Notes: generated by a model not told the origin, from the sequence alone. A stretch of 64,000 nucleotides of DNA from Sulfobacillus sp. (GCA_027344105.1 DAHWJO010000001.1:10939-74938), one strand, 5' to 3'; counted from the first letter of the stretch, positions 21,862 through 33,623 are shown. Translations and numbers: made by a program.

Positions 21862-22170
21862 GTGGCCCAGCAAAAGATAAGGATCCGGCTCAAGGCCTTT
21901 GATTACGAGGTTTTGGACCAGTCGGCGGCAAAGATCGTGGATACGGCGCGGCGCAATGGCGCCGCCGTATCCGGTCCGGTGCCGTTGCCGACCGAGAAGA
22001 AAATTTACACCGTCTTGACCGCGCCCAACGGGGAGAAGGATATACGTGAGCAGTTTGAGCGCCGGATCCATAAGCGTCTGATAGACATCATGGATCCCAG
22101 CCAGAAAACGGTCAACGCGCTCATGCGTCTGGATCTTCCGGCCGGAGTCGACATCGAGATTAAGCTGTAG
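21862..22170 (+). CDS. rpsJ: 30S ribosomal protein S10
   Basis: [22 protein letters not shown]. Confidence 0.97.
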   Translation: MAQQKIRIRLKAFDYEVLDQSAAKIVDTARRNGAAVSGPVPLPTEKKIYTVLTAPNGEKDIREQFERRIHKRLIDIMDPSQKTVNALMRLDLPAGVDIEIKL

Positions 22171-22183
22171 GCGGGAGGATATT

Positions 22184-22834
22184 ATGAAGGGAATCATTGG
22201 CATAAAGCTCGGCATGACCCAAGTGTTTGATGACGAAGGTCTTGCGGTGCCTGTCACGGTAGTGCTGGCGGAACCCAACCGCGTGGTGCGCCGGCGCACA
22301 GTGGCTAAGGAAGGCTACGACGCCGTGCAACTGGGTGTCGGGGCGGTGCGGCCGCATAAAGTAGCGCAGCCGCAGCGCAAGGACTTTGAACAAATGGGTG
22401 TGGAACCCGTGCGCTACCTGCGGGAGTTCCGCATGCCCGGAGCCTTGGACTTGGAACCGGGAACGTTGCACAAAGTCGAAGAAGCCTTTGCGGCCGGAGA
22501 CATTGTGGATGTGATCGGCACCAGCAAAGGCAAGGGCTTTGCGGGCGTCATCAAGCGCTGGGGATTTCACCGGGGCCCGACGACGCACGGTTCGAAGTAC
22601 CACAGGCGCGTGGGGTCATTGGGAGCTAGGACTTCTGGCGGTGGCGGACGGGTGCACCCGGGCCGCAAGCTGCCCGGACGGATGGGCCACAAGCGGGTCA
22701 CGACACTGCGGCTGCGGATCGAGCGGGTGGATGCGGACCGGAACCTGTTGCTGATTCACGGGGCGGTACCGGGACCCAAGGGGTCACTGGTAATGGTTCG
22801 TGACTCGGTGCGAAACCGGAAAGGGGCGGTGTAA
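22184..22834 (+). CDS. rplC: 50S ribosomal protein L3
   Basis: KLGMTQVF, GTSKGKGFAG, GAVPG. Confidence 0.98.
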   Translation: MKGIIGIKLGMTQVFDDEGLAVPVTVVLAEPNRVVRRRTVAKEGYDAVQLGVGAVRPHKVAQPQRKDFEQMGVEPVRYLREFRMPGALDLEPGTLHKVEEAFAAGDIVDVIGTSKGKGFAGVIKRWGFHRGPTTHGSKYHRRVGSLGARTSGGGGRVHPGRKLPGRMGHKRVTTLRLRIERVDADRNLLLIHGAVPGPKGSLVMVRDSVRNRKGAV

Positions 22835-22837
22835 TCC

Positions 22838-23464
22838 ATGCCAAAAGTCGACGTATATGACTTAAGCGGGCAGATTGTCGGCCAGCGCGAGCTGTTGGAC
22901 ACGGTCTTCGCTGTCCCTGTCAACCGGTCCCTGCTGCATCAGGCCGTGGTTGCGTTTCAGGCCAATCAGCGCTCAGGCACGGCCGACACCAAACGCCGGT
23001 CGGATGTGCGCGGCGGCGGACGCAAGCCGTGGCGGCAGAAGGGCACGGGACGTGCCCGGGCTGGCACCACGAGGTCGCCGTTGTGGCGTCATGGCGGTGT
23101 TACGTTTGGACCGCATCCCCGGGACTATACGCAGAAGTTCCCTCGCAAGATGCGGCGGGCAGCCATCCGGCAGGCCCTCAGCGCCAAGTTGGACGCAGCC
23201 GAATTGAAAGTCGTCACGAAGCTGACTTTCGGCGAGCGGCGGACCAAACAGGTCGCGGAGTTGCTGCGGACCTTGGACTTGGGAACCAACGTGCTATTCA
23301 TCACGGCGCAGCCCGATGAGAACTTCAAGGCTTCGGCGCGGAACTTCAAGAATGTGCATACGGTTACCACGGACAGCCTGAATGTTTATAGCCTGCTCCG
23401 CTATCACCGGATCGTCTTCGACGAAGACGCCATTGCACGGGTGGAAGAGGTGTTCACAAAGTGA
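22838..23464 (+). CDS. rplD: 50S ribosomal protein L4
   Basis: [16 protein letters not shown]. Confidence 0.98.
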   Translation: MPKVDVYDLSGQIVGQRELLDTVFAVPVNRSLLHQAVVAFQANQRSGTADTKRRSDVRGGGRKPWRQKGTGRARAGTTRSPLWRHGGVTFGPHPRDYTQKFPRKMRRAAIRQALSAKLDAAELKVVTKLTFGERRTKQVAELLRTLDLGTNVLFITAQPDENFKASARNFKNVHTVTTDSLNVYSLLRYHRIVFDEDAIARVEEVFTK

Positions 23465-23748
23465 AGACAGCATATGACATCATCGTCCGCCCGCTGGTGA
23501 CAGAAGCAGCGACGGACCGGATGGGTGAGAACAAGTACACCTTCATCGTGGCGACGTCTGCTAACAAAGTGGAAATCCGCTACGCTATCGAAGAGATTTT
23601 CAAAGTACACGTTACGAAAGTCAACACCTTGTGGCGGCCTAGCAAAGAGAAGCGGCGCGGCAACATCGTGGGGCGGACGGCCCGGCGCAAGAAGGCTATT
23701 GTCACGCTGGCTCCCGGGGACTCTATCGACATTTTCGAGGGCGTGTAA
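23461..23748 (+). CDS. rplW: 50S ribosomal protein L23
   Basis: RPLVTE, KKAIVTL; synteny. Confidence 0.97.
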   Translation: MKTAYDIIVRPLVTEAATDRMGENKYTFIVATSANKVEIRYAIEEIFKVHVTKVNTLWRPSKEKRRGNIVGRTARRKKAIVTLAPGDSIDIFEGV

Positions 23749-23766
23749 CATTAAGGAGGCAGGATC

Positions 23767-24603
23767 GTGGCAGTTCGCAAGATGAAACCGACCTCTCCTG
23801 GTGTGCGGCACATGACTGTGTCTACCTTCGAGGAGATTACCAAAACAGTTCCCGAGAAGTCCCTTACAGAGGGTCGGTCACGCAAGGCGGGACGCAACAA
23901 CTACGGCCGGATTACCACGCGGCACCGGGGCGGCGGCACCAAGCGCGTATACCGGAGGATCGACTTCAAGCGGACCAAGGAGAATATCCCCGCGGAAGTC
24001 ATGTCCATCGAGTACGACCCGTTCCGCACCGCGCGGATTGCGCTGTTGAAGTACACGGACGAGACACTGGCCTATATCCTGGCCCCTGTCGGACTAAAGG
24101 TCGGGGATACCGTCGTGGCGGGGTCCGAGGCAGATATCAAGCCGGGCAATGCCCTGCAGCTGCAGGACATCCCCGTGGGCACTATCGTGCACAACGTCGA
24201 GCTCACCCCTGGCAAGGGCGCCCAGATGGCGCGGTCTGCTGGCACCTCGGCACAATTGGCGGCTAAAGAAGGCAAACATGCGCTTTTGCGGCTGCCCTCG
24301 GGAGAACTGCGCCGAGTGCCGGTCACCTGCCGGGCGACGATCGGGCAGGTCGGCAACGTGGAGCATGAGAACATCAGCATCGGCAAGGCTGGCCGGAACC
24401 GTTGGAAGGGCTGGAGGCCGACGGTGCGCGGAAGCGCAATGAACCCGGTGGACCACCCGCACGGCGGCGGCGAGGGCAAGGCGCCTGTCGGTCACAAACA
24501 CCCGATGACGCCGTGGGGAAAAGTAGCCATGGGCAAGAAGACCCGCAAGCGGCATAAGGCATCAGACCGGTTGATCGTGCGCCGGCGGAATCTAGGGAGG
24601 TAG
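23767..24603 (+). CDS. rplB: 50S ribosomal protein L2
   Basis: [21 protein letters not shown]. Confidence 0.99.
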   Translation: MAVRKMKPTSPGVRHMTVSTFEEITKTVPEKSLTEGRSRKAGRNNYGRITTRHRGGGTKRVYRRIDFKRTKENIPAEVMSIEYDPFRTARIALLKYTDETLAYILAPVGLKVGDTVVAGSEADIKPGNALQLQDIPVGTIVHNVELTPGKGAQMARSAGTSAQLAAKEGKHALLRLPSGELRRVPVTCRATIGQVGNVEHENISIGKAGRNRWKGWRPTVRGSAMNPVDHPHGGGEGKAPVGHKHPMTPWGKVAMGKKTRKRHKASDRLIVRRRNLGR

Positions 24604-24606
24604 AGT

Positions 24607-24891
24607 ATGAGTCGTTCGACAAAGAAGGGCCCGTACGTCGATGCCAAGCTCCTGAAGAAAATCGAAACCATGAACGCGAAGAATGATAAGCGGGTTTTGA
24701 AGACTTGGGCCCGCGCCTGCACCGTCATTCCGGATATGGTGGGACACACGATTGGCATTCACGACGGCCGGAGGCACGTGCCGATTTACATTACAGAAGA
24801 GATGGTTGGCCACAAGCTTGGCGAATTTGCTCCCACCCGCACCTTTAAGGGTCATGGCGACAAAGCTGAACGGTCCACAGCTCTGAAATAG
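24607..24891 (+). CDS. rpsS: 30S ribosomal protein S19
   Basis: [11 protein letters not shown]. Confidence 0.99.
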   Translation: MSRSTKKGPYVDAKLLKKIETMNAKNDKRVLKTWARACTVIPDMVGHTIGIHDGRRHVPIYITEEMVGHKLGEFAPTRTFKGHGDKAERSTALK

Positions 24892-24895
24892 GGAG

Positions 24896-25258
24896 ATGGC
24901 TATAATGGCAGACGTAGCGGAAGCTCGCGCTTATGTGCGCCATGTCCGCATTTCACCGCGCAAGGTGCGCATCGTTGTGGATCTGATCCGCGGCAAAAAT
25001 ATCGGGGACGCTGAAGCGATTCTGCGGCACACGCCCAAAAGGGCGTCGTCCATTTTGGCGAAGCTTCTGAAGAGCGCTGTAGCGAACGCCCAGCACAACT
25101 TCGATATGGCTGCGGACGATCTATACGTGCATGCAGTGTGGGTGGACGGTGGACCAACGCTGAAACGCATTCATCCACGGAGTCGGGGGCAAGCATTTTC
25201 AATCCTGAAGCGCACGAGTCATATATCGGTTGTGCTGCGACCCAGGCATAACAGCTAG
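24896..25258 (+). CDS. rplV: 50S ribosomal protein L22
   Basis: [21 protein letters not shown]. Confidence 0.98.
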   Translation: MAIMADVAEARAYVRHVRISPRKVRIVVDLIRGKNIGDAEAILRHTPKRASSILAKLLKSAVANAQHNFDMAADDLYVHAVWVDGGPTLKRIHPRSRGQAFSILKRTSHISVVLRPRHNS

Positions 25259-25267
25259 GAGGAGATC

Positions 25268-25945
25268 ATGGGGCAAAAAGTACACCCGAAAGGTCTGCGG
25301 CTCGGAATTGTGAAAGACTGGGATTCGCGCTGGTTCGGGACCAAAAAGGACACCCCGCAATTGTTGGGTGAGGATCTGGCTATACGGCGCTACGTAAAGA
25401 AAAGGCATCACACGGCCGGAATTTCGCGGGTAGAGATTGAACGCGGAGCGGCGAACAAGTTGAAGGTGTCGGTGCACACGGGCAAGCCCGGTATGGTGAT
25501 TGGCAAAGGCGGCGTGGGCGTGGAAGCGCTGCGCAAGGAGCTGGAGCGGATCAGCAGCAAGACCGTGAACCTAAACATCCTGGAAGTGAAGGCTCCTGAT
25601 GCGGACGCCCAGCTCGTGGCCGAGAATGTAGCCAGTCAGCTGGAGCGGCGGATTGCGTTCAAGCGGGCGATGAAGCAGTCGCTGACGCGGTCGATGCGCC
25701 AGAGCGGTGTCAAGGGCATCAAGATTATGGTCAGCGGCCGTCTCGGCGGGACAGAAATTGCCCGGCGGGAATGGACATGGGAGGGCTCGATTCCTTTGCA
25801 TACCCTGCGCGCTGATATTGATTACGGGTTTGCGGAGGCTCACACGACGTACGGCATCATCGGGGTCAAGGTCTGGATCTTCAAGGGCCAGGTTCTTCCC
25901 GCCGCCAAGAAACGTGTGGGTGCCGTACCAGAGGGGGTGCGTTAA
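25268..25945 (+). CDS. rpsC: 30S ribosomal protein S3
   Basis: [18 protein letters not shown]. Confidence 0.99.
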   Translation: MGQKVHPKGLRLGIVKDWDSRWFGTKKDTPQLLGEDLAIRRYVKKRHHTAGISRVEIERGAANKLKVSVHTGKPGMVIGKGGVGVEALRKELERISSKTVNLNILEVKAPDADAQLVAENVASQLERRIAFKRAMKQSLTRSMRQSGVKGIKIMVSGRLGGTEIARREWTWEGSIPLHTLRADIDYGFAEAHTTYGIIGVKVWIFKGQVLPAAKKRVGAVPEGVR

Positions 25946-26380
25946 ATGTTGCAGCCTAAACGGACCAAGTACCGCAAGATGCACCGGGGTCGGATGAAAG
26001 GGCAGGCCCACCGCGGCACTAAGGTCGTGTTCGGGGAATACGGGTTGCAAGCGTTGGAGCCCGCGTGGATTACGGACCGGCAGATTGAAGCGGCGCGAGT
26101 CGCCTTGACACGGTACATCCGCCGCGGTGGCCAGGTATGGATTACCATATTTCCCGACAAGCCTGTCACCAAGAAACCTGCGGAAACCCGGCAGGGCAGT
26201 GGTAAGGGGAACGTGGAATTCTGGGTAGCCGTGGTCAAGCCCCAGCGCATCATGTTCGAACTGGCCGGGGTGCCGGAGGACGTGGCGCGTGAGGCAATGC
26301 GGCTGGCTGCCCATAAGCTGCCCATTAGAACGCGGTTTGTAAAACGCGAGGAGTCAGGGGAGAGTGCGCATGAAGCCTAA
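25946..26380 (+). CDS. rplP: 50S ribosomal protein L16
   Basis: [21 protein letters not shown]. Confidence 0.99.
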   Translation: MLQPKRTKYRKMHRGRMKGQAHRGTKVVFGEYGLQALEPAWITDRQIEAARVALTRYIRRGGQVWITIFPDKPVTKKPAETRQGSGKGNVEFWVAVVKPQRIMFELAGVPEDVAREAMRLAAHKLPIRTRFVKREESGESAHEA

Positions 26381-26573
26381 AGAAATACGGGACTTAAGCC
26401 AGGACGAGCTCACAGGAAAACTGCGGGCGCTGAAAGAGGAACTTTTCCGGCTTCGGTTCCAGCTCGCCACGGCGCAGTTGGACAACCCGATGCGTGTGCG
26501 CCAGGTCCGCAAGGACATCGCGCGGGTGCACACGATTATGCACGAGCGTGAGTTGACGCGGGACGCGGATTAG
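26370..26573 (+). CDS. rpmC: 50S ribosomal protein L29
   Basis: [15 protein letters not shown]; start ATG 26370. Confidence 0.97.
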   Translation: MKPKEIRDLSQDELTGKLRALKEELFRLRFQLATAQLDNPMRVRQVRKDIARVHTIMHERELTRDAD

Positions 26574-26587
26574 GAGGAGAGAATCTG

Positions 26588-26857
26588 ATGGATCAGCCGA
26601 CAGGCAAGCGGAAGGTGCGCGAGGGCACCGTGGTGAGCGACAAGATGAATAAAACCGTCGTCGTCACGGTCGAGTCTTTAGTGCGGCACCCTCTTTACGG
26701 CCGGACGATGCGCCGGACGAAGCGGTACAAGGCGCATGACGAAGAAAATGAGTGCCGGACGGGCGATAAGGTGCGGATCATGGAAACCCGCCCACTGTCC
26801 AAAGAAAAGCATTGGCGTGTTGTGGAGATTGTGCGGCACGCGGATGACCTGCAGTAG
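26588..26857 (+). CDS. rpsQ: 30S ribosomal protein S17
   Basis: [16 protein letters not shown]. Confidence 0.98.
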   Translation: MDQPTGKRKVREGTVVSDKMNKTVVVTVESLVRHPLYGRTMRRTKRYKAHDEENECRTGDKVRIMETRPLSKEKHWRVVEIVRHADDLQ

Positions 26858-26893
26858 ATTGTCAGACGGTTTCTAGGGGGAGGAGGAGAAAGA

Positions 26894-27265
26894 ATGATAC
26901 AGCCGCAAACCCGTCTGGGAGTTGCTGACAATACGGGTGCCAAAGAAATTATGTGCATTCGTGTGCTGGGAGGGTCGTTTCGCCGCTACGGAAACATCGG
27001 GGACATTATTGTGGCCGCTGTTAAGGAGGCCGCGCCGGGCGGGGTCGTGAAGAAGGGCGATGTCGTCAAAGCCGTGATTGTCCGTACCAAGACGGGCAAA
27101 CGCCGCACGGACGGGTCGTACATCAAGTTCGACGAAAATGCCGCGGTGATTTTGCGCGGGGAAGAGAAGGAGCCCCGGGGCACGCGTATTTTTGGACCGG
27201 TGGCTCGGGAGCTGCGCGAGCATGACTTCATGAAGATTATTTCCCTAGCACCTGAGGTGCTCTAA
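26894..27265 (+). CDS. rplN: 50S ribosomal protein L14
   Basis: [17 protein letters not shown]. Confidence 0.99.
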   Translation: MIQPQTRLGVADNTGAKEIMCIRVLGGSFRRYGNIGDIIVAAVKEAAPGGVVKKGDVVKAVIVRTKTGKRRTDGSYIKFDENAAVILRGEEKEPRGTRIFGPVARELREHDFMKIISLAPEVL

Positions 27266-27298
27266 GGCACGCAGCAAATTCAGGAAGGAGGGACTAGG

Positions 27299-27610
27299 GT
27301 GCACGTCAAAAAAGGTGATTTAGTCAAGGTGCTTGCAGGCAAGGACAAGGGGAAGCAAGGCAAGATCATCCGGTCAATCCCGAAGGAAGACCGGGTTGTG
27401 ATTGAAAAGATCAATTTGATGAAGAAGCATCAAAAGCCAACGCAACAGTATCCGCAGGGCGGGATTATTTCGATGGAAGCGCCAGTGCATGTATCCAATG
27501 TAATGGTGATCTGTCCGTCGTGCAAGAAGCCCACCCGCGTCGGCCACAAGTTTTTGGACAACGGCAAGAAAGTGCGCGAGTGCAAGCACTGCGGGGCTGC
27601 TATAGAGTAG
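27299..27610 (+). CDS. rplX: 50S ribosomal protein L24
   Basis: KKGDLVKVLAGKDKGK, EAPVHVSNV. Confidence 0.98.
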   Translation: MHVKKGDLVKVLAGKDKGKQGKIIRSIPKEDRVVIEKINLMKKHQKPTQQYPQGGIISMEAPVHVSNVMVICPSCKKPTRVGHKFLDNGKKVRECKHCGAAIE

Positions 27611-27640
27611 TGCCAGGAGATATGGAACAGGGGGTTGACC

Positions 27641-28195
27641 ATGGCTGTGGAGTCAGAGCTGAAGGACCGGTACGAACAGGAAATTGTACCGCGTCTGATG
27701 GAGCGGTTTAAATACAGCAATCCGATGAATGTGCCGAAGGTCGTAAAGGTGGTCGTCAACATGGGTGTGGGCGATTCCATCGCCAACCCCAAGCTCATGG
27801 ATGCTGCGGTGCATGACCTGGCAGCCATTACGGGGCAGAGGCCGCTCATTACCAAGGCGAAAAAGTCGATTGCGTCTTTCAAGCTGCGGGAAGGCATGCC
27901 GATTGGGTGCAAAGTCACGCTGCGCGGTCAGAGGATGTACGACTTTATTGAAAAGCTGTTTTTCATGGCGCTGCCGCGGGTGCGGGACTTCCGTGGGGTG
28001 TCCACCAAGGGATTTGACGGGCGGGGCAGTTACACCTTAGGGGTGCGTGAGCAGATTATTTTTCCGGAGGTCGAGTACGACAAAACGGAGAAAGTGCGCG
28101 GAATGGATGTTACGCTGGTGACCAGCGCTACGACCGATGAAGAGGCAAAAGAGCTGCTCGCGATGCTAGGGATGCCCTTCACGCCACAACGATAG
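27641..28195 (+). CDS. rplE: 50S ribosomal protein L5
   Basis: [19 protein letters not shown]. Confidence 0.99.
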   Translation: MAVESELKDRYEQEIVPRLMERFKYSNPMNVPKVVKVVVNMGVGDSIANPKLMDAAVHDLAAITGQRPLITKAKKSIASFKLREGMPIGCKVTLRGQRMYDFIEKLFFMALPRVRDFRGVSTKGFDGRGSYTLGVREQIIFPEVEYDKTEKVRGMDVTLVTSATTDEEAKELLAMLGMPFTPQR

Positions 28196-28205
28196 GAGGG
28201 ATGAC

Positions 28206-28391
28206 ATGGCAAAGAAATCATTAATTGCTAAGGCTAAGCGCACTGCAAAGTACAAGGTCCGCCAGTATCACCGCTGCCAAGTCTGCGGACGTCCGCATGG
28301 CTATATCGGAGATTTTGGACTCTGCCGCTTATGCTTCCGGCAAATGGCCCATCAAGGCGAAATACCCGGCGTGCGCAAGGCTAGCTGGTAA
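28206..28391 (+). CDS. rpsN: 30S ribosomal protein S14 type Z
   Basis: [16 protein letters not shown]. Confidence 0.98.
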   Translation: MAKKSLIAKAKRTAKYKVRQYHRCQVCGRPHGYIGDFGLCRLCFRQMAHQGEIPGVRKASW

Positions 28392-28408
28392 GGGAAAGGA
28401 GGGTCTAA

Positions 28409-28801
28409 GTGACTGATCCGATAGCAGATATGTTAACCCGGATTCGGAACGCGAACGTGGTCTACCGTGAGCACGTGGATGTGCCTGATTCCAAGATGAA
28501 ACGAGCTCTGGCTCACATTCTGAAGCAAGAGGGATTTGTCCGGGACTATGAAATGGTTGAGGACGGCAAGCACGGAGTGATCCGGCTGCATCTTAAATAT
28601 GGGCCCAACCGCGAGCGCGTGATTACCGGCCTGAAGAGGATAAGCCGGCCTGGACTGCGCGTCTATGCCGGGCATGACCAGCTTCCCCGCGTACTGGGCG
28701 GACTGGGCATTGCGGTGCTGTCGACTTCGCACGGCGTGATGACCGAGAAGCAGGCTCGCGAAGTCCGTGTGGGCGGCGAAGTGCTCTGCTTTGTATGGTG
28801 A
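28409..28801 (+). CDS. rpsH: 30S ribosomal protein S8
   Basis: [21 protein letters not shown]. Confidence 0.99.
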   Translation: MTDPIADMLTRIRNANVVYREHVDVPDSKMKRALAHILKQEGFVRDYEMVEDGKHGVIRLHLKYGPNRERVITGLKRISRPGLRVYAGHDQLPRVLGGLGIAVLSTSHGVMTEKQAREVRVGGEVLCFVW

Positions 28802-28829
28802 GCAGACCAGCTGAAGGGGAGGATACCGA

Positions 28830-29369
28830 ATGTCACGGATAGGTAAGAAGGTTATTGCGGTGCCTGCGGGCGTGACCGTTGTCATTGATGACATGACGGT
28901 CCGCGTGAATGGTCCCAAAGGCCAGCTTCAGAGGACTTTGCGGCCGGAAGTTGAGCTAGAGATGACGGGAAGTGAAATTCGGGTAACGCCCCGCGACGAC
29001 AGTCCGATGGCGCACGCGCAATGGGGTTTGTCCCGGACACTTATAGCCAATATGGTCGAGGGCGTGTCCCAAGGCTTTCAGCGGCATCTGGAGATGGCGG
29101 GGGTAGGATACCGTGCATCCAAACAAGGACAGAACTTGGTGCTGGCGGTAGGGTTTTCGCACCCAGTCAACATTGAACCGCCAGCGGGGATCGAGTTTGA
29201 CGTGCCGAACCCCACCAACATCTATGTCAAGGGATTTGACAAGGAAGCGGTGGGCGCTACAGCGGCCCGAATTCGCGGGGTGCGACCCCCTGAGCCGTAT
29301 AAGGGAAAAGGCATCCACTATCAAGGTGAGAAGATTATCCGCAAGGTCGGGAAGACCGGAAAGAAATGA
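28830..29369 (+). CDS. rplF: 50S ribosomal protein L6
   Basis: [15 protein letters not shown]. Confidence 0.99.
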   Translation: MSRIGKKVIAVPAGVTVVIDDMTVRVNGPKGQLQRTLRPEVELEMTGSEIRVTPRDDSPMAHAQWGLSRTLIANMVEGVSQGFQRHLEMAGVGYRASKQGQNLVLAVGFSHPVNIEPPAGIEFDVPNPTNIYVKGFDKEAVGATAARIRGVRPPEPYKGKGIHYQGEKIIRKVGKTGKK

Positions 29370-29379
29370 GGGAATAGGC

Positions 29380-29745
29380 GTGTATACACGATTCGACAGG
29401 AACGCGGCCCGCAAAAAGCGTCACTTCCGTATTCGGGGCAAGGTGGTAGGCACGCCGGAACGGCCGCGCCTTAATGTCTATCGCTCCAATCTCAACATTT
29501 ACGCACAGGTTATTGATGACTCCAAGGGGCAGACCTTGGCGGCTGCGTCAACGTTGGAGAAGGTGTTTGGCACGATGGAAGGTCGGCTCACGGTCGCAAA
29601 GGCCCGTGAAGTGGGACGCCTGGTTGCAGAGCGAGCCCGGGCACAGGGCGTCAGCAAAGTGGTGTTTGACCGGGGTGGATACCGGTATCATGGACGGGTG
29701 CAGGCTTTGGCCGACGCGGCCAGAGCAGCCGGTCTTGAATTTTAA
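29380..29745 (+). CDS. rplR: 50S ribosomal protein L18
   Basis: [15 protein letters not shown]; start GTG 29380. Confidence 0.97.
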   Translation: MYTRFDRNAARKKRHFRIRGKVVGTPERPRLNVYRSNLNIYAQVIDDSKGQTLAAASTLEKVFGTMEGRLTVAKAREVGRLVAERARAQGVSKVVFDRGGYRYHGRVQALADAARAAGLEF

Positions 29746-29762
29746 GGAACAGGGGGGACATT

Positions 29763-30296
29763 ATGGCACGGCCAGGAGCCCAGAATCAGGATTCTAGAGC
29801 AGTCAGCGAGTTTAAGGAAAAGGTTGTCGCCATTAACCGTGTCGCCAAAGTGGTAAAGGGTGGACGGCGATTCAGTTTCAGCGCCCTAGTGGTGGTCGGC
29901 GATGAAAATGGGCGGGTTGGGGTAGGCCTCGGCAAGGCTACAGAAATCCCTGAAGCTATCCGCAAGGGTGTGGAGGATGCCAAGAAGTCTATGATTACCG
30001 TGCCGCGCCTTGGCGTGACGGTGCCGCATCAGGTTATCGGGATATTCGGGGCGGGTCGGGTCCTTATCAAGCCGGCGGCGCCCGGAACCGGAGTGATCGC
30101 TGGCGGTCCCGTGCGTGCCGTGCTGGAAGCCGCTGGGGTGAGGGATGTGCTTACCAAGTCCCTTGGCACTTCCAACCCGAACAATGTCGTGGCTGCGACG
30201 ATGCAGGGATTAAGCCAACTGAAGAAGGCGGCGCGGGTTGCCAAGCTGCGCGGCAGGACTGTGCAAGAGGTGTTAGGAGGGGCGCATCGTGGCTAA
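29763..30296 (+). CDS. rpsE: 30S ribosomal protein S5
   Basis: [23 protein letters not shown]. Confidence 0.99.
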   Translation: MARPGAQNQDSRAVSEFKEKVVAINRVAKVVKGGRRFSFSALVVVGDENGRVGVGLGKATEIPEAIRKGVEDAKKSMITVPRLGVTVPHQVIGIFGAGRVLIKPAAPGTGVIAGGPVRAVLEAAGVRDVLTKSLGTSNPNNVVAATMQGLSQLKKAARVAKLRGRTVQEVLGGAHRG

Positions 30297-30492
30297 ACTG
30301 CGCATAACGCTGGTGAAAAGTGCCATCGGCTACGCCCAGGAGCAGAAGGACACAGCGAGCCGCCTCGGGCTTCGCAAGATGTGGCGGACCGTCGAATTCG
30401 AAGACAATGCCTCCATACGCGGGATGGTGCACAAAATTCGGCACCTGGTGAAAGTCGAAGAAGTTCCGGATGGGGAGGAGGGTACGAAATGA
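30289..30492 (+). CDS. rpmD: 50S ribosomal protein L30
   Basis: [20 protein letters not shown]. Confidence 0.97.
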   Translation: MAKLRITLVKSAIGYAQEQKDTASRLGLRKMWRTVEFEDNASIRGMVHKIRHLVKVEEVPDGEEGTK

Positions 30493-30926
30493 GGCTTCAT
30501 GAACTACAGCCAATACCCGGCAGTCATCAAAAGAAGACGCGCCGCGGCAGAGGTTTGGGGTCCGGACTGGGTAAGACAGCGGGACGTGGCAGCAAAGGCC
30601 AGAAGGCTCGTTCCGGAGGAAGCATTCGCCCCGGATTTGAGGGAGGGCAGATGCCCTTGCAGCGGCGCTTACCTAAGCGGGGATTTAAAAATCCCTTTCG
30701 TGTCGAATATGAGATCGTGAACGTGGGCGACCTCGGCAGGTTCGACGCAGAGACTGTGGTGACAGTGGCCCTGCTTAAGCAGCAGCGTTTAGTGCGGCGC
30801 AATTTGCCCGTGAAGATTCTCGGTGAAGGAGAGTTAGACCGCGCCCTGACTGTGCAAGTGAATGCGTTTTCCAAGTCAGCCAAGGAAAAGATCGAGGCGG
30901 TTTCCGGACGAGCCGAGGTGATTTGA
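30489..30926 (+). CDS. rplO: 50S ribosomal protein L15
   Basis: [17 protein letters not shown]; start ATG 30489. Confidence 0.98.
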   Translation: MRLHELQPIPGSHQKKTRRGRGLGSGLGKTAGRGSKGQKARSGGSIRPGFEGGQMPLQRRLPKRGFKNPFRVEYEIVNVGDLGRFDAETVVTVALLKQQRLVRRNLPVKILGEGELDRALTVQVNAFSKSAKEKIEAVSGRAEVI

Positions 30927-30927
30927 G

Positions 30928-32208
30928 ATGGCTCAAAACATGATGAATGCGTTTCGGTCGTCGCAACTGAACAAGCGGATCTTGTTTACGCTATTGATGC
31001 TGGTGGTGTTTAGAGTGGGCGCCCATATTCCAATTCCGGGCGTCCACGCCTCTGTCATTCAGAGCCTCTTTACACACGGAGCAACCATCTTTGCGTTGTT
31101 AAACCTGTTCTCTGGCGGTGCCACGGCTACGCTGTCCATCTTTGCCCTGAGTATCATTCCATATATCAATGCCAGCATTATCATGCAGTTGATGACCGTA
31201 GTCATCCCCTCCGTGGAAGAATGGTCCAAGGAGGGCGAAGAAGGTCAGAAGAAGATGACGAAGGTCACGCGCTGGCTTTCGTTGGGACTGGGAAGTTTGC
31301 AGTCGCTGGGCATTGCCTATTATCTCTACGGATACTCTTCGCACGGAGAATTTGCGTACATCCATCATGATGTGGGTTCACTGTTGCTGACCGCGATGCT
31401 TTTGTTGACGGGCTCCACCATCTTAATGTGGGTTGGCGAGGAGATCACCGACAAAGGGGTGGGGAATGGCATTTCCCTTTTGGTGTTTTTCGGAATCATC
31501 TCGCGCCTCCCCTATGGGGTTGAGCAACTGTACAAATACATTCAAGCGGGCATTGTGAGCTGGCCTAAAATCATTATCTTTCTCATCATTGCGGTGGCGA
31601 TTATTGCCGCCGTGGTATATGTGAACGAGGGTCAGAGGAAGATCCCGGTGCAGTATCCCAAACGGGTTGTGGGTCGGCGGATGTATCAGGGGCAGTCGAC
31701 TCATCTGCCAATCCGGGTCAACCAGGCCGGAGTCATCCCCGTGATCTTCGCCATTTCCCTATTGATCTTGCCTTACACCGTGGGGCAGTTTTTTAAGGGC
31801 GGATGGGTCACAGCGCTGGAGCACAACTTCGGCTTCACGTCGCCAATCTATATAGCGGCCGAGTTTTTGCTGGTGGTGGTGTTTACGTTCTTCTATACGC
31901 AGGTGGTTTTCAAGGTGGACGATGTGGCTGATAACCTGAAGAAGGGCGGCGGCTACATTCCCGGTATCCGGCCCGGTCGCCCCACGGCTGAGTATCTGGC
32001 GAAAGTAAGCGGGCGCCTGACGCTCATCGGGGCGTTGTTTCTTGGCATCGTCGCTATATTGCCCAGTTTCGTGACCATGGGCATGGGGGTCAGCGGCATG
32101 TATTTTGGAGGAACGTCTCTCCTGATCATTGTCGGTGTGGCGCTCGATACGCTGAAACAGATGCAGGCGCAAATGTTGATGAAGCAGTATCAGGGGTTTA
32201 TGAAATGA
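30928..32208 (+). CDS. secY: Preprotein translocase SecY
   Basis: SIFALSIIPYINASII, GNGISL, PGIRPG, GGTSLLI. Confidence 0.99.
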   Translation: MAQNMMNAFRSSQLNKRILFTLLMLVVFRVGAHIPIPGVHASVIQSLFTHGATIFALLNLFSGGATATLSIFALSIIPYINASIIMQLMTVVIPSVEEWSKEGEEGQKKMTKVTRWLSLGLGSLQSLGIAYYLYGYSSHGEFAYIHHDVGSLLLTAMLLLTGSTILMWVGEEITDKGVGNGISLLVFFGIISRLPYGVEQLYKYIQAGIVSWPKIIIFLIIAVAIIAAVVYVNEGQRKIPVQYPKRVVGRRMYQGQSTHLPIRVNQAGVIPVIFAISLLILPYTVGQFFKGGWVTALEHNFGFTSPIYIAAEFLLVVVFTFFYTQVVFKVDDVADNLKKGGGYIPGIRPGRPTAEYLAKVSGRLTLIGALFLGIVAILPSFVTMGMGVSGMYFGGTSLLIIVGVALDTLKQMQAQMLMKQYQGFMK

Positions 32209-32218
32209 GGTGGTCCAT

Positions 32219-32875
32219 ATGCTGAACTTGGTGATGCTGGGGTCCCCCGGGGCCGGTAAAGGCACTCAGGCAGCCGTGTTGAGTGAGCGCTATGGCATCC
32301 CGCACATTTCCACCGGCGATATCTTTCGCCAGAATTTGGCGGATAATACGGCGCTGGGACAAAAGGCGCGGAACTTCATGAATGAGGGGCTGCTGGTTCC
32401 GGACAACGTGACGGAAGCGATGGTGGAGGACCGCCTCAATCAGGGGGATACCGCCCGGGGATTTATTTTGGACGGTTTCCCGCGCAACATTGCCCAGGGC
32501 TATGCGCTGACCCATATGCTGGAACAGCGGCACGCCGCCTTGCAGGCGGTCATTTATATCAACGTGGCCCACACTCTTCTGGTGAGGCGCCTGGTGGGGC
32601 GCCGGGTCTGTGTGGATTGCGGCGCTGGGTACCATGTCGAGTTTGACGCGCCGGTTACGGCCGATGTGTGCAGTGCATGCGGGGGCCGTCTCGTGCAGCG
32701 TGCCGATGACGAGCCTGACACCGTGGAGACCCGCTTGCGGGTATATCACGAGCAAACTGCTCCGCTGATTGAATTTTACCGGTCGCGGGGCCTGTTGCAT
32801 GAAGTTGACGGGAACGGACCGGTGACGGACGTCACTGCTGCGATCGTCGGGATTGTGGAGGCTGTGGATGATTGA
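32219..32875 (+). CDS. adk: Adenylate kinase with Zn-binding LID
   Basis: GSPGAGKGTQ, LDGFPR, CxxC...CxxC LID. Confidence 0.98.
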   Translation: MLNLVMLGSPGAGKGTQAAVLSERYGIPHISTGDIFRQNLADNTALGQKARNFMNEGLLVPDNVTEAMVEDRLNQGDTARGFILDGFPRNIAQGYALTHMLEQRHAALQAVIYINVAHTLLVRRLVGRRVCVDCGAGYHVEFDAPVTADVCSACGGRLVQRADDEPDTVETRLRVYHEQTAPLIEFYRSRGLLHEVDGNGPVTDVTAAIVGIVEAVDD

Positions 32876-33623
32876 ACTGAAGAGTCACCGTGACAAAGAA
32901 AAAATGCGCCGGGCGGGTCTTGTGGTTGCCGAGGTGTTGCAGATTCTTAAGGCGGCCGCGGTGGCGGGTGTGACCACAAGGGAAATGGATGCCATCGCTG
33001 ATGAGGAGATTCGGGGTCGGGGCGGGGTGCCGATTTTTAAAGGGTACCACGGCTACCCCGCGAGTGTCTGCATCTCGGTTAACCACGAGGTGGTGCACGG
33101 CATTCCTGGCAGCCGTCGGCTGAAGGAGCACGACTTGGTCAGTCTCGACCTTGGCGCGGTCGTTGATACGTTTGTAGGGGATGCCGCACTGTCCACCTTC
33201 GTGGGGGAACCCCCAGATGAAACTGCGGCACTGCTCCTGAAGGTGACAGAGGAATCGCTGTACGAGGGCATCAAAGCGGCTCAGCCAGGGGGACACCTTG
33301 GTGATATCTCACATGCGGTCCAGGCTCATGTGGAGAAATACGGTTTTTCCGTGGTCCGTGATTATGTGGGGCACGGCATCGGGCATCAGATGCACGAGGA
33401 TCCCCAGGTACCCAATTACGGACCGGCGGGGCGGGGGATTCTGCTCAAGCCCGGACTGGCGATCGCGATCGAGCCCATGGTCAACATTGGCCGCTACGAT
33501 GTGGACGTCCTTGACGACGGATGGACCGTGGTGACACGGGACGGGTCTTTGTCAGCGCATTTTGAGCATACCATTTTCATCAATCCCGATGGCCCAGAAA
33601 TTTTAACTCGAATTGAGACGTGA
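32868..33623 (+). CDS. map: Methionine aminopeptidase type I
   Basis: VVHGIP, GHGIG..MHEDP, EPM, SAHFEHT. Confidence 0.98.
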   Translation: MIELKSHRDKEKMRRAGLVVAEVLQILKAAAVAGVTTREMDAIADEEIRGRGGVPIFKGYHGYPASVCISVNHEVVHGIPGSRRLKEHDLVSLDLGAVVDTFVGDAALSTFVGEPPDETAALLLKVTEESLYEGIKAAQPGGHLGDISHAVQAHVEKYGFSVVRDYVGHGIGHQMHEDPQVPNYGPAGRGILLKPGLAIAIEPMVNIGRYDVDVLDDGWTVVTRDGSLSAHFEHTIFINPDGPEILTRIET

